Part shown: in pieces, positions 45,578 to 56,530 of the stretch
How the letters are laid out: each line of letters begins with the position of its first letter
How positions within the stretch are numbered: the first letter of the stretch is position 1
Assembly (NCBI GenBank): GCA_000004985.1
Contig: GG738904.1
Direction: 5' to 3' (one strand)
DNA length: 64,000 bases
From: Naegleria gruberi
Lineage: Eukaryota
The notes under the pieces: model-generated
Told to the model about the DNA's origin: nothing
The model's input: the letters and a program-made list of their open reading frames with translations, nothing else
Databases searched by the model: none
Program-made: the position numbers and the translations under genes

Positions 45578-47614
45578 ATGCAACTAGAACTAACAGAAGA
45601 AGTTCGGACGCTCATTTCTGAAATCTTGGAAGATGCTTATTTGGAAGGTGATACATACCAATTGATTGGAGAAATCTATGAAACCTATTTACAATTTAGT
45701 GAAGAGATGAATAATAATGAAACGGAAACACTGGACAGATTTATAACCACAGAAAAAGGAACGGATGATCTGACCAGTTTATTCAAATTACTTTATACAT
45801 ATGATTCGGAATTGGATGAATCGTTCGGATTTCAACATGGTGAAATTCCTCTCATGTTGATGAAACCCTTCATGATGATGGAAAATACTTCTCCGAATAA
45901 TTGTAATTTAATATTTCGGCCATTCCCTAAATTTAAAAAAGAAATTCCATCATGGATATTTAAATATTCCTTTTATACATTTGAAACGGTGGAGGAATTA
46001 CCTTTGAATGATTTTCTGGAAACTTTCTTTGTGTTTTTAAGTCATTTTGAAAGACGATTTTGGGGAGATGAAACTTTGTGTCCTAAATGGGGAGAAGCTG
46101 AACAAATCCTGTTCGATAAATGCATGACTATCTTTGGTAGAATTCAATTGAACACTCGTCCAAAAAAGCATGTAGAGAAATTTGAATTGCTCAAATTAAT
46201 CTTTGAACACCTTGAAAATACAGAAACTCAAAAGAGTCATGTCATTACGTATTTTAGTGATTCTTTAACCAAGCTTTTTGCATTGGAATTTGAAAAATTA
46301 AAGTACATGGAAAGAAATGAAGAAAGAGCCAAAAGACTTGAGAAAACATTGAGTCTAATGGAGGGATTGAATTCAAGAGAGAGAACATTTCTTGGAGAAT
46401 TATTTAGTATCGTTGGAGATTCATTGGAAGATTTGGAAATTAGACATTCTGCTTTACGCTTAACTCAAAATTGTAGTTTTAGTGTTGATTTTCTGTCTAT
46501 GTGTGCCAAGTGTTGCGATTCTAAATTTCCAAAATCAATTATCCAAACAGCATTTCAAATATGTGTAATAATGAAGGGCTTCATTGACCCTGATAGAATG
46601 AGCATGCAAGATAGCAACGAGTTGAGTCGCTTATTGGTAAATGCTGCTATTAATTTTAATGTGGAAAATGTTGCAAACGCCCTCACTCTTTTTACCTTCA
46701 TTATATTACGTCAAGATTTTCTTTTTCCACAGGGTGAGGATGAATTAGTACACATAATTTATTTACTTAGAGCAGGTAAATACATTTCTGAAATTAGAAA
46801 TCCTCAATTTGGCTGTTTGGCTCATGTTATACGATTCATTTATAGTAACTGTACTAGTGGGACTATTTCTATAGTTTTACCCAGATATTTTGAAGAAATC
46901 AAGAAAAACACTAATGCACCAACAGCTGATTTAGTAGAACAATTAGCTGAAGCATACCTAACAATGAAAAAATTAATAAGCCTACCATTATGTAGCCCTA
47001 AGAACAGAGAAACTTTGAACACTCTTTCTAATGATATTATTTTGTACGTTTATGAGTATTTCAAAAATAGACCATATGTTTCTGACAATTTGACGCGAGT
47101 AATTATTTCAAACAGATTGTATCATGATCTTCCAAAACTAGAATCTTCCAAATCAAATCTGGAAGTTTTGTTTACAGCATGTGCAAATCCTACATCCTTT
47201 AGGTATTTGGATTTTATGAATTTATTAGCCGAAATGTTGATAGTTGGACTGCCAGTGCTTGTGGACCAATTAAAAAGACCAACAACAGTTATTTTGAGCG
47301 ATCCCGAATTTAGTTTGATTCAAGTTGGTCTCGTCAATCTTGTTGCTAGAGAATTTGCTCATACTTTATTCTACCGACACGTGGAACAATACGGCAGCGA
47401 TATTGAATTTTCTAATGACACATTATGTGGAGAGTACTCTCACGATCTAGCTCTATATGGATTTTTATTGTTTATGGATGATTTATTGGAAAAGGGGTGT
47501 AGTGTAATAACTCTTGTTACTATAGATATTGATGAAAATCTAAAATATAATTCCTTAATTAATTCAATTTACAAACGAGTCCTCCACAAGATTAGTGCCC
47601 ATAAATTGGGTTAG
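45578..47614 (+). CDS. hypothetical protein (678 aa)
   Basis: Long ORF with ATG at 45578 in an aaaaaaaaATG context. No recognisable domain. Confidence 0.55.
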   Translation: MQLELTEEVRTLISEILEDAYLEGDTYQLIGEIYETYLQFSEEMNNNETETLDRFITTEKGTDDLTSLFKLLYTYDSELDESFGFQHGEIPLMLMKPFMMMENTSPNNCNLIFRPFPKFKKEIPSWIFKYSFYTFETVEELPLNDFLETFFVFLSHFERRFWGDETLCPKWGEAEQILFDKCMTIFGRIQLNTRPKKHVEKFELLKLIFEHLENTETQKSHVITYFSDSLTKLFALEFEKLKYMERNEERAKRLEKTLSLMEGLNSRERTFLGELFSIVGDSLEDLEIRHSALRLTQNCSFSVDFLSMCAKCCDSKFPKSIIQTAFQICVIMKGFIDPDRMSMQDSNELSRLLVNAAINFNVENVANALTLFTFIILRQDFLFPQGEDELVHIIYLLRAGKYISEIRNPQFGCLAHVIRFIYSNCTSGTISIVLPRYFEEIKKNTNAPTADLVEQLAEAYLTMKKLISLPLCSPKNRETLNTLSNDIILYVYEYFKNRPYVSDNLTRVIISNRLYHDLPKLESSKSNLEVLFTACANPTSFRYLDFMNLLAEMLIVGLPVLVDQLKRPTTVILSDPEFSLIQVGLVNLVAREFAHTLFYRHVEQYGSDIEFSNDTLCGEYSHDLALYGFLLFMDDLLEKGCSVITLVTIDIDENLKYNSLINSIYKRVLHKISAHKLG

Positions 47615-47694
47615 ATATTTTGATAAACGTACTTTACAAATAATAATAACAAAGTATTGCAAAGTAATTGCTCCAAGTTCAACATTTTATTGAA

Positions 47695-48055
47695 TTAAAA
47701 ATTATAGATTGGCTTAAGCTTGAAAGGCTTTTTGACAGCTGGAGCAGAACCAACACTCTTGGTGGAAACAGTGCTCTTCTTGACAACAACTGGAGCCTTC
47801 TTTGGCTTACCGGCTTTCTTTGGCTTAACAGTCTTGGTAGTCTTGGTTGGTTTGGTAGTTCTAACAGCTTTAGTGGAAGCTCTTCTAGCAACTGGAGCCT
47901 TTCTAAGGTTCTTCTTAGCAGCCTGAATATTATTAAGGATTAATAGATTATTAATAAGCATATTTAAAATTGAAAATACTCACAGCAGCCATACCGAAAG
48001 TGGCAAAGCACAAGACAGCGATCAAGAGACAGGCAATGATAATCTTTGCGTTCAT
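47695..48055 (-). CDS. small secreted lysine-rich protein (KPKK repeats); two exons
   Basis: Exon 1 is 48055..47984 and encodes MNAKIIIACLLIAVLCFATFGMAA, a signal peptide of exactly 24 codons. The intron is 47923..47983 (61 nt, GTGAGT...TTCAG, phase 0). Exon 2 is 47922..47695 and encodes AKKNLRKAPVARRASTKAVRTTKPTKTTKTVKPKKAGKPKKAPVVVKK...KPIYNF. Confidence 0.5.
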
Positions 48056-49011
48056 TTTGTTTTGTTTTTTTTGTGAATAATGTTTTCAAAGAGATGGAGA
48101 GGATGCTCTGTATTTATACAGCTTATCTAAGTCGAAGAATATCACCCACTGAATCTTCAATTGATGGTGTAAACATGCCTTACTGCTTTCAATTACGCGC
48201 ATAGTTCATGATGATTGGATGGTGAAACTGTGATCACAGCAGTAAAAAGATGTTACGATCAATGGATGAACTTGTTATCCCTCTCCCTCAATATTCCAAT
48301 CAGTAATTCCACGCAGCAAAGGAGAGATATCGACCCCATAGTCACACTGTAATAGCTCCGATTATCAAGGAATTAGAAACATTTCGGGTTTTTTGTGTGG
48401 GGAATAAACGGGAGTGCCCAAATCAACAAAATGTATAGAAAGTTCTTCTTGTGTGTCCCTTTCTCTTATTGAACGGGATGAGCTTCATATTTTATAAGTA
48501 GTAAGGAGCCTTGAAACTCTAATGATTTTGAAGTTATTTAATTCTTACTTTGGTGGAAGATTATGAAATGGCTTGATACTGCATCTAATGGGATTAGATG
48601 AGGTAGAGAATAATATTTGTACTTTGAATTGTTGATCATTGAATTCGGCTGATCATACAATGGCTTTCTTTCTGCTATTGATAGAAGCTATGGTGTATGT
48701 TCCACTCCAGATTGGAGCTTTCCTTCGTTCTTATTGCTGGCTTTGAGTAAAACTCTAAAAAGTAGAACTAATTTCACAACTTGGACCCTTCTTGATTTTC
48801 CCGTAATCAAAAGACGATTTTCTCACGTTTTGAACAAGTCGTCATTGGAAATGGATTTGAATTAAGATACAATATGAAAACATTTTGTGCTTGAAAAGAA
48901 ACAAGACTAAAATGATACTAGTATAAATATGTTGATCTTCCTTTTTCATAAAAATTCCAAAATCAAGAAGTAATCTTACTAAAAACTTTGCATAAAATTA
49001 AACATAAAAAA

Positions 49012-49632
49012 ATGGGTTTCGAATTTAGAAGATTTAAACAAATCAATGCTCAAGAATATCAACTTGCAGTTTCCGAAAACAAAGATCAAATGGAGACAAA
49101 GGATGATAGTTATTTCATCATTGTGGATAAAGAAGGAAAGATTGTTATTCCAGACACCATTGGAATCAAATTGGCAGACATGACAGATTTGGAAATTAAG
49201 GTTCAAAAAAAAAAGAAAGCAGGCATTGAAAAGTGGAAGAAAATTCATATTGCAGAAAAAGTCGATGCTTCAGATCAGGAAAGTTTATTGAAAACCATTG
49301 AGAATCAATTGAAAATCAATGATATATTAGATATTTCGTTAAGTTCAGACACTCATAAAGCAATTATTGCTCTCACTCATAAAATTAGGAAACAGACACA
49401 ACTACAAGCTCAAAAGTATGAACTTGGTTTCTTTTCATTGAAATTTGAGAATATGAATGAAGCTTATTATAAAACTGTCAATATTGAAGGAGAAAAAGAG
49501 ATTGACAACATTGATAAGCAACTTATTGAAAAGGATCTACCACTCTCATCTCAGGATATTCAGGTGTTAACATGTGGCTATCCAGAATTGCTTACAAAGA
49601 AGTATTTAGAAATGGCACAACAATCTAAATAG
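49012..49632 (+). CDS. hypothetical protein
   Basis: ORF 48988..49632. The first ATG is at 49012 (aaaaaaATGggt). Charged and K-rich. No domain. Confidence 0.4.
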   Translation: MGFEFRRFKQINAQEYQLAVSENKDQMETKDDSYFIIVDKEGKIVIPDTIGIKLADMTDLEIKVQKKKKAGIEKWKKIHIAEKVDASDQESLLKTIENQLKINDILDISLSSDTHKAIIALTHKIRKQTQLQAQKYELGFFSLKFENMNEAYYKTVNIEGEKEIDNIDKQLIEKDLPLSSQDIQVLTCGYPELLTKKYLEMAQQSK

Positions 49633-50057
49633 AAATAAAATAGTTTTTCATTGCTCCCAACCCAAGGGAATGCACTCTGAAAATCTCTGCAATTGTAAAG
49701 TTTACCCTCTAAATTTGATCATTCAACCATAATCAAGTCATTATGACTAGATTAACGAATTGAAGTTCGCAGTCAGGTATATTGAATATTAAATCACCTT
49801 CTGTCCGATTTGTTGAATCATTTTCCAACCAGAACCCTAAATTATTCATATCCTCTTCCTGTAATTGAATATAAAACTTTGCATTCGTTCCAAAAATTTG
49901 AAGATTGTGTGAGGACCTAATTTTGAATATTTGCTTATTGTTCTCCTTGCACTGTTCCAATGTAAAGGTAATGTCCTGATCGTTAAAATTGAGCTCCTTC
50001 TTATTTTTTTCTTCTGAAAGAGTGGTATGAAGAATTCTATTACCTTTCCAAAAAAGA

Positions 50058-51755
50058 TTAATAAATAAATGTTAATATAAACTTACTAAAAACGGTTGAG
50101 TTTGGAAACTTTTTAAATTTTTTGATAAATGCCTTCAAAATCTTTTGCTTTGCAAGTGAAGTAATTTCGGATTGGTTCAATAACAATTCAAGGCTATTCT
50201 CTGAAAGATCAGTAATTGTGAGCGATGGCCCCACAGCAAAACAACTTGCAATAGCAATGTGAATCTGTTCAATACGGTCTAATTTGAAAAGAATGCAGAA
50301 TCTCAATAAAATTGATGCTTCTTTCACAATTTTTAAAATGCATTCGTCATCACCTAAATATCGTGCCAGTTCAATTAATTTAAATTTCATATCAAAATCC
50401 GTTATTGATACCGTATCGCTTGTTAGATAATTTACATAGGTGTCAAACACTTGAATGTGATTTGTTGGTTCTTGAAAAATATCATTTTCAATAGGTCTCA
50501 AATCAAGAATAATTTGATTTTCATCTTTTTCATTGAAATCCTTCCAATTTGAGCTCAACATGGTTGATAAATATTTTGATTTTTTCAAATACATTTTTGA
50601 AAGTCTAAAATCTCGTTCTTCAAATCTAATAATCACTAGTTCCATATCATTTTCATCTATAATTTGTAAATCCTCATTGTGTAAATCCTCAATTACAAAC
50701 TGATCATTAGGATTTTCAATAAATTTAAAATTATTAGTATTCACACTCTTTAAACGCCAGAATAGTGCCTTTTTCAGATCTTTTTCAACTCCATATCCGT
50801 TAGAATATGCATTTGCAACATTATTTTGAGATTGTTTTACATCCTTTTCAGCACCTTTCATGTACCACTCGAAAGCCTTTTCTAAATTTTTCTCAACTCC
50901 CCTTCCATTACGATATAAAAAGCCAATATTAGTATATGAATCTGTATTGCCATTTTCAGAAGCTGTTAGATACCATGTCATAGCTTTTGCATAATCTTTC
51001 TCAATTCCTTCTCCATTCTCGTAGGACCATCCAACATTGAATTGTGCATCTGCATGACCATTTTTGGCAGCTCTCAAATACCATTCTACTGCTTTGGATA
51101 GATCTTTTTCTACTCCTTCTGCATAATCATACGCACATGCAACATTGAATTGTGCTTTTGCATAACCATTTTTAGCGGATTTCAAATACCACTCAAATGA
51201 TTTAGGTTTATCTTGTTCAACTCCAACTCCCTTATCGTATGATGCTCCAATGTTGAACTGTGCAATTTCATTACCATTTTCTGCAGCTTTTAAATACCAT
51301 TCCATGGATTTCGAAAGATCCTTAGCAACCCCTTCACCTGAACGATAGAGAACTCCAATATTATTTTGTGATTTTGCAAGATTCCTATCGGCAGCTTTCA
51401 GATACCATTCCATTGCTTTCTTATAATCTTGTTCTACTCCTAAACCATGATGATAGAAATAACCAACTTTATGTATTGATTCTAAACATCCTTGCTCTGC
51501 ACCTTTAGAAAACCATTCAAAGGCCTTCTCACTATCTTTTTCAACTCCACTTCCATCCATATATTTGCACCCTAGAGTGTAATACGATTCGGTGCTTTGA
51601 TTTACGGCTTGTTTTTTACTACTTGGTTCGTTTTTAATAATTTGTTGTTGCGGATCATTACTTTCCGAAGATGAAGGAGTGTCTGTGTTATTAATAATCA
51701 TTTGATCATTCTCATTAATTTCATCATGTTCTGGTGCCTCTCTACATCTTTTCAT
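50058..51755 (-). CDS. Sel1-repeat protein with C-terminal BTB/POZ-like domain
   Basis: About eight Sel1 repeats of the form G.GVEQDY.KAMEWYLKAA..G...AQ.N.G. The C-terminal region DFRLSKMYLKKSKYLSTMLSSNWKDF...VFDTYVNYLTSDTVSITDFDMKFKLIELARYLGDDEC is BTB-like. The true ATG is at 51755 (MKRCREAPEHDE) after an A-rich leader. Confidence 0.65.
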   Translation of the reverse strand: MKRCREAPEHDEINENDQMIINNTDTPSSSESNDPQQQIIKNEPSSKKQAVNQSTESYYTLGCKYMDGSGVEKDSEKAFEWFSKGAEQGCLESIHKVGYFYHHGLGVEQDYKKAMEWYLKAADRNLAKSQNNIGVLYRSGEGVAKDLSKSMEWYLKAAENGNEIAQFNIGASYDKGVGVEQDKPKSFEWYLKSAKNGYAKAQFNVACAYDYAEGVEKDLSKAVEWYLRAAKNGHADAQFNVGWSYENGEGIEKDYAKAMTWYLTASENGNTDSYTNIGFLYRNGRGVEKNLEKAFEWYMKGAEKDVKQSQNNVANAYSNGYGVEKDLKKALFWRLKSVNTNNFKFIENPNDQFVIEDLHNEDLQIIDENDMELVIIRFEERDFRLSKMYLKKSKYLSTMLSSNWKDFNEKDENQIILDLRPIENDIFQEPTNHIQVFDTYVNYLTSDTVSITDFDMKFKLIELARYLGDDECILKIVKEASILLRFCILFKLDRIEQIHIAIASCFAVGPSLTITDLSENSLELLLNQSEITSLAKQKILKAFIKKFKKFPNSTVFSKFILTFIY

Positions 51756-52159
51756 TTTTTTTTGTTTTTTTTGTTTTTTCAAAACTTTACAATGAGTTCA
51801 GAGTTAGCATGTTGTAGAATTCACTTCGTTTTATTGTCAATATTTTGTTTATCAAATTGGGAACAACGAAAGGTTTTGAAAGTTACACAATTAATGTAGA
51901 ATAATCGAAATTGTGAATATAGAAGTTTCCATATTTTTCATTTTACCAAGTGAGTGTTGCATCTTATTGGGACTCATATTTGTCATGATTTATCCACACC
52001 ACGACCATGAGCTTAAATTTTCAATGTTTATGTAAAGTTTCAAATCGATTTTATCTGAAAGTCAATATAACACTATATTGATGACTAATAGTGTCTATTA
52101 CTGCCTTTTGATAGATTATTATCTATAAGTACATTTTGTGATACGCATATTAATGTGTA

Positions 52160-52232
52160 GGGGTCTTGGCGCAGTCGGTAGCGCGTAGGTCTCATAATCC
52201 TAAGGTCGTGAGTTCGATCCTCACAGACCCCA
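52160..52232 (+). tRNA. tRNA-Met (elongator, anticodon CAT)
   Basis: GGGGTCTTGGCGCAGTCGGTAGCGCGTAGGTCTCATAATCCTAAGGTCGTGAGTTCGATCCTCACAGACCCCA. The anticodon loop is CTCATAA. It matches eukaryotic elongator tRNA-Met, including the T-T mismatch at 31-39. It is not the initiator type. Confidence 0.85.
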
Positions 52233-52454
52233 ACTTTTTGTTGCTAAAACTTGATGGTGAAAGTCTCAGCTATTTTGGAAGGGATATTTTTATTAAACAT
52301 TTTTAAAATTAAATTAATTAAAAATTACGACATGCTAATCCCAACTCGACAGTCCCATGCCATCTTCTCTTCTCAGTACCAATTAAACTATTAATAATAC
52401 ATTACTAGATTATAAAAATATTATCATCAACACCTTATAACATTTCCTTTTACA

Positions 52455-53675
52455 ATGATCACCTTGTATTTAGATGCGGACTTTCAATCATCAAGTCTAA
52501 AGAGCAAACTTTCTCTCCAATACACTGGTAACAACAAGAAACAATTATTAGGACCAGTCAAGAGCGAAATTCATAAATCTGCCACCAGAGGAAAGATGAT
52601 AACAACATCATCAACACCCTATTTTGCTTTTTCTAATCACTTCCATTCTCCGTATGATATTGTCATTGCTCCAAGGTTGAATTGTATAGTTGTCTCTGAT
52701 TTTGGCAATGAACGTCTCATGTTCTTCTACTTGATGTCCAAGAATTATAGAAAAAGTGTTCCCGTTGCTTTTATGCCAACTGGTTTGTGTGTGGAGGAGA
52801 GAGGCTGTACATCATCTCGTTTATGGAATGTCTCTTCAACAACAACAACAAATACTAGTACTAGCCCTAGAGCTCTAGATAGTAATGATGAGCAATCATC
52901 CGATGATGATGATGATGATGATAATGAATTTAATGATGAAGAAAAGAACAGAGAGGATGCTCTTATATTGGCTGGAGGATATTGTCACTTGATGAAGGTG
53001 AATTTAAAGGTATTGTGGAAGACCAATAATATCAAGTTGGGAGCTCTTGATAGGGATTATACGTGGTGTGTAGGAATTTTGGATGAAAGTGGGAGGACAG
53101 AATTTAAGGAACCATCATCAATTTCCATTTCGTTCGGAAAGACATTTAGGGATAATGTGGTGTTTGTGGCTGATAATTACAATCATGCTATCAAGATTGT
53201 TTCAACTGTGGATGGAAGTATCTTACAATCAATTACTCGATATGTGAGTTATTCATTGGGTAAAGAAATTCATGTGAAGAATCCGAACATTGTCAATGTG
53301 GAATGTTTCACAAAGTTTGGAGAGGTAATTATAGCAAGTCCAGACAAGAATAACATTCATATTATTAGAGAAATTAGTCCAAATGAATGGATTCTTGTCA
53401 AGGAGATTGGAAATAATTCACTCTATTCCCCTTTTGGAATTTGTATAGATCAAGTTAGTCCCTTCAATTACAAATTGATCGTTTCAGATTCATATCATTC
53501 ATCTCTGAAAATACTAGATCGATTTACTGGTCAGGAAGAACAAACATTTGGCAGTAAGGGAAAATCTCTTGGTCAATTCCATCACCCATACGGATTGTGC
53601 TATAATAGAAGACAACAGGAAATATTACTCGTTGATAGAAATAATTCTCGTATTCAGGTTATCAATTATTCTTAA
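52455..53675 (+). CDS. NHL-repeat beta-propeller protein with acidic insert
   Basis: NHL-type repeats: FHSPYDIVIAPRLNCIVVSDFGNERLMFF, YSPFGICIDQVSPFNYKLIVSDSYHSSLKILD and HPYGLCYNRRQQEILLVDRNNSRIQVI. There is a poly-Asp insert. ATG at 52455. Confidence 0.6.
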   Translation: MITLYLDADFQSSSLKSKLSLQYTGNNKKQLLGPVKSEIHKSATRGKMITTSSTPYFAFSNHFHSPYDIVIAPRLNCIVVSDFGNERLMFFYLMSKNYRKSVPVAFMPTGLCVEERGCTSSRLWNVSSTTTTNTSTSPRALDSNDEQSSDDDDDDDNEFNDEEKNREDALILAGGYCHLMKVNLKVLWKTNNIKLGALDRDYTWCVGILDESGRTEFKEPSSISISFGKTFRDNVVFVADNYNHAIKIVSTVDGSILQSITRYVSYSLGKEIHVKNPNIVNVECFTKFGEVIIASPDKNNIHIIREISPNEWILVKEIGNNSLYSPFGICIDQVSPFNYKLIVSDSYHSSLKILDRFTGQEEQTFGSKGKSLGQFHHPYGLCYNRRQQEILLVDRNNSRIQVINYS

Positions 53676-53801
53676 TATCAAATGTATTGGTTCCCTTATT
53701 ACCCTGTTAAAAAAGCAAAAACAATCAAGCAATTAATGGAAAGCAAACTTTTAAGAAGAAAAAAATTTCCAACAAAAACGTGAAATTCCAACAATAAAAA
53801 A

Positions 53802-56480
53802 ATGGCACCAAACAAAAACAGCAGCAACAATACACAAAATTCGAAGGCTTGGCATTCGGTGAGGAGAGCCTCCCAATCAACACAACAACCCAGTTTAGCC
53901 ATAGAGGATAGTGTGGATTTGGGAGCAGTTTGCGAAACTCCAGTTACAGCCAAAACACCCATTCGGGAAGCTTTCGAAAATATTGGAAATTATAGTAAAT
54001 CATCAACATCACAAAAGAAGGCTTCTTCATCGTCATCACAGAATGCTCGGAAGCAACAACAAGAAGAGGAATCACGAAAAGATGACGGTGATGGAGAGAT
54101 GGAATTTAATTTCTCTGATTTGGAAGAGGATGAAGATAAATCAGAGAAGAAACAAGAAGAACAATTCGAACGATCGCCAGTGTTCTACTCATCGGAGAGT
54201 GATGCACCTCCAACAAAAAACACCAAATCAAAGAAAACCTATCAACCAACACAGGAGCAAGCATCTGAAAAGGAAGAAGATGAAGAAAAACAAGCAAAAC
54301 AATCATCTAAATCAATAGTCAGTGGTAGTAGTAAACAACGTGCTTCTGACTATTCTCAATATTTCACACCAGATGAGGATGAAAATGAAAAGGAAAAGGA
54401 AGGCTATTCTTTGAGGAAAACTCCAACAAGAGTCTATCAGGAAAAGAAGAAGAGGAAAAAGATGATAAAAAAGAAGGAAATTTTGATCAGTTCCGATGAA
54501 GAGGAAGATGGTCAAACTTTGAGGAATGATAAAATGTATGATAGTGACGAGATACCTGATGAAGATATTGAAGCAATGGAAGAACAAGAAAGAGCTAGGA
54601 AGAGGAAACAACCACAAACTGAGGAAGAAAGAAGAGAACGAGAAAAACAAGAGGAGGAGAGAAAGAAGGCCGAACTGAAATTGAGGAAAAAGAAATTGAC
54701 AGAACTTTCAAATTCAATGAGAAAGAAAAATCAACACAAATCCATTTATATTGAGGAGGAGGATGAGATTTCAAAGGATTTATTTTCGAGTGGAAAGAGA
54801 AAGTCAACATTTGATGATGATGAGCTATTCTCTCAGCCATCATCTAAGGAAGAAAAAGAAGTCTTCTCCTCTCCAAAGAAGAGACTAAAGAAGAAGTCTG
54901 GTAGTCCAGTCGGTTCAACAATCACATTCGACAAGGAGGATAGTGATGATGCCAATAGTGAAGAGTTGGAAAATTTAGCAAAGGAAATTAGAGAAAATAA
55001 TCTACTTTTGTCTGCTAAAAAGAAGAAGAAACCACTCAGTCTAAAAACTCAAAAAAGAAAGTCACACAGTAGCTCAGAAGAGGAAGCTCCACGAAGAAAA
55101 TCAACAAGTACTAGAAAAGGTAGAGATCAAGACAGTGAAGATGAAGATGATGGTATGGTTACCATGAGTCAATTTATTGTAAGTGATGAGGAAGAGGATG
55201 AAGCACCTGAATACAACGTCTATAGAATGGTCGACATGATGGAAAATGATATGGATTCACAAGAGTTCCACTCCATTCTCACAAGTAATACCAGACTCTC
55301 CTCAGATTTCAAATCTTCCTTTGCAATCTATATTCATTTTATCACTTCACACTTGCTGGATGAGGATTTTATTCAATCTCTCAAATTTAAAGATAGAACT
55401 CACTTTGCTAATGCCTCAAAAATGGTGGAAGGTAAATTGGAAACGGTCAAGGACAGCTTAATTTATAGCTCAGCTTGGAAATCGAGACACAAGAACCTTC
55501 TCCAATTCTATCCAATCATTAAGGCTAGAGAAATTTCTCTCAAGGATACTGAAATTGACAATAGCGACAAGTGTTGTCAAGCTTGTGGCAGAAAGAACCA
55601 TCAAGCTGAATATACACTCATATTCAAACCACCAAGAGCTACCACTAAATATGAATTTTCATCCGGAGCTCACATCAACTGGATAGATTCACCAGAGGAA
55701 GATTCGGAGGAGGATAATGATTTTATTCAACTCTCACAAAGAAGAGCAGTAACAGGTAAAAAATGTAAATATACTAAGGAGAAGTCATTCGTTGGATCGA
55801 CCTGTTACAAACGATCCTTATTGTACCATAGTTTCCAACATTACAAATTCCATTTAATTCAACATATTATCAACAAGATTGACAAGATTGCCACCAATTT
55901 TGAAGGAGAAGAAGAAATTACAAGCGACTATATTTTGGACAAGATTGTTTCTAAAAAGAGTTGGATTGAATCACTCTACAAAAAGTATCTCAAATTAATT
56001 GAGGAAGCAGAGGCTAGTTATACCAAATCGAAGGATGCTGGAGTTATTGATGTGGTTGATGAATTATTCGATGTCTATGATTCAGAGGAGGAAGTAATCA
56101 ATTCAGATCCAGAAGAAAAGGACAATGACTTTATTGTTACCAACACACGTGGAGGACTTCGATTGAAACGAACCAAACCAAAATCAGATGATGAGCAAGA
56201 TCAAGACGATGCTGAGCTCATTGACACCACAGAAGAACAAATACCTCCTCAAAAGGAAAAGCCAAAACAACCAAGAGAATTGAAATTATCATTTGCAGTT
56301 TCTCCCATTCCTGTTGAAGACGATGAAGAAGATAAAGAGCTTGACTTTTTGGATAAGGAAGAAGACATTCCAAAACCGCTCTCACCAAAAGAAAATTCAA
56401 AAAAGACGGAAGAGAAAATCCCAGATTTGAGTGGATATCTTGACTCGTCAGATGACGACATTCTCAATTATAATTTTTAA
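53802..56480 (+). CDS. highly charged (E/K/S/D-rich) protein with Cys-containing C-terminal domain
   Basis: 892 aa with ATG at 53802. The N-terminal 450 aa are low-complexity, acidic and basic. The C-terminal folded region contains CCQACGRKNH and FQHYKFHLIQH. No confident family assignment. Confidence 0.55.
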   Translation: MAPNKNSSNNTQNSKAWHSVRRASQSTQQPSLAIEDSVDLGAVCETPVTAKTPIREAFENIGNYSKSSTSQKKASSSSSQNARKQQQEEESRKDDGDGEMEFNFSDLEEDEDKSEKKQEEQFERSPVFYSSESDAPPTKNTKSKKTYQPTQEQASEKEEDEEKQAKQSSKSIVSGSSKQRASDYSQYFTPDEDENEKEKEGYSLRKTPTRVYQEKKKRKKMIKKKEILISSDEEEDGQTLRNDKMYDSDEIPDEDIEAMEEQERARKRKQPQTEEERREREKQEEERKKAELKLRKKKLTELSNSMRKKNQHKSIYIEEEDEISKDLFSSGKRKSTFDDDELFSQPSSKEEKEVFSSPKKRLKKKSGSPVGSTITFDKEDSDDANSEELENLAKEIRENNLLLSAKKKKKPLSLKTQKRKSHSSSEEEAPRRKSTSTRKGRDQDSEDEDDGMVTMSQFIVSDEEEDEAPEYNVYRMVDMMENDMDSQEFHSILTSNTRLSSDFKSSFAIYIHFITSHLLDEDFIQSLKFKDRTHFANASKMVEGKLETVKDSLIYSSAWKSRHKNLLQFYPIIKAREISLKDTEIDNSDKCCQACGRKNHQAEYTLIFKPPRATTKYEFSSGAHINWIDSPEEDSEEDNDFIQLSQRRAVTGKKCKYTKEKSFVGSTCYKRSLLYHSFQHYKFHLIQHIINKIDKIATNFEGEEEITSDYILDKIVSKKSWIESLYKKYLKLIEEAEASYTKSKDAGVIDVVDELFDVYDSEEEVINSDPEEKDNDFIVTNTRGGLRLKRTKPKSDDEQDQDDAELIDTTEEQIPPQKEKPKQPRELKLSFAVSPIPVEDDEEDKELDFLDKEEDIPKPLSPKENSKKTEEKIPDLSGYLDSSDDDILNYNF

Positions 56481-56530
56481 AAATACAATTTAATATTAAC
56501 ATGTTTACAATGTATTGATTTGATCATCTC

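Noticed and set aside
47668-47961. Four mutually overlapping ORFs on both strands (47668..47943 +, 47679..47891 -, 47720..47926 +, 47695..47961 -)
   Set aside because: All arise from one low-complexity Lys/Pro/Ala-rich repeat. Only the minus-strand frame links to an ATG, a signal peptide and a canonical intron.
49733-50100. GTAAGT hexamer inside the last codons of the Sel1-BTB gene, with a downstream 75-aa ORF (49733..49960) as a possible extra 3' exon
   Set aside because: Splicing from that donor to the nearest AG, 43 nt downstream, creates an immediate TAG. The hexamer is simply the codons S-K (agt aag).
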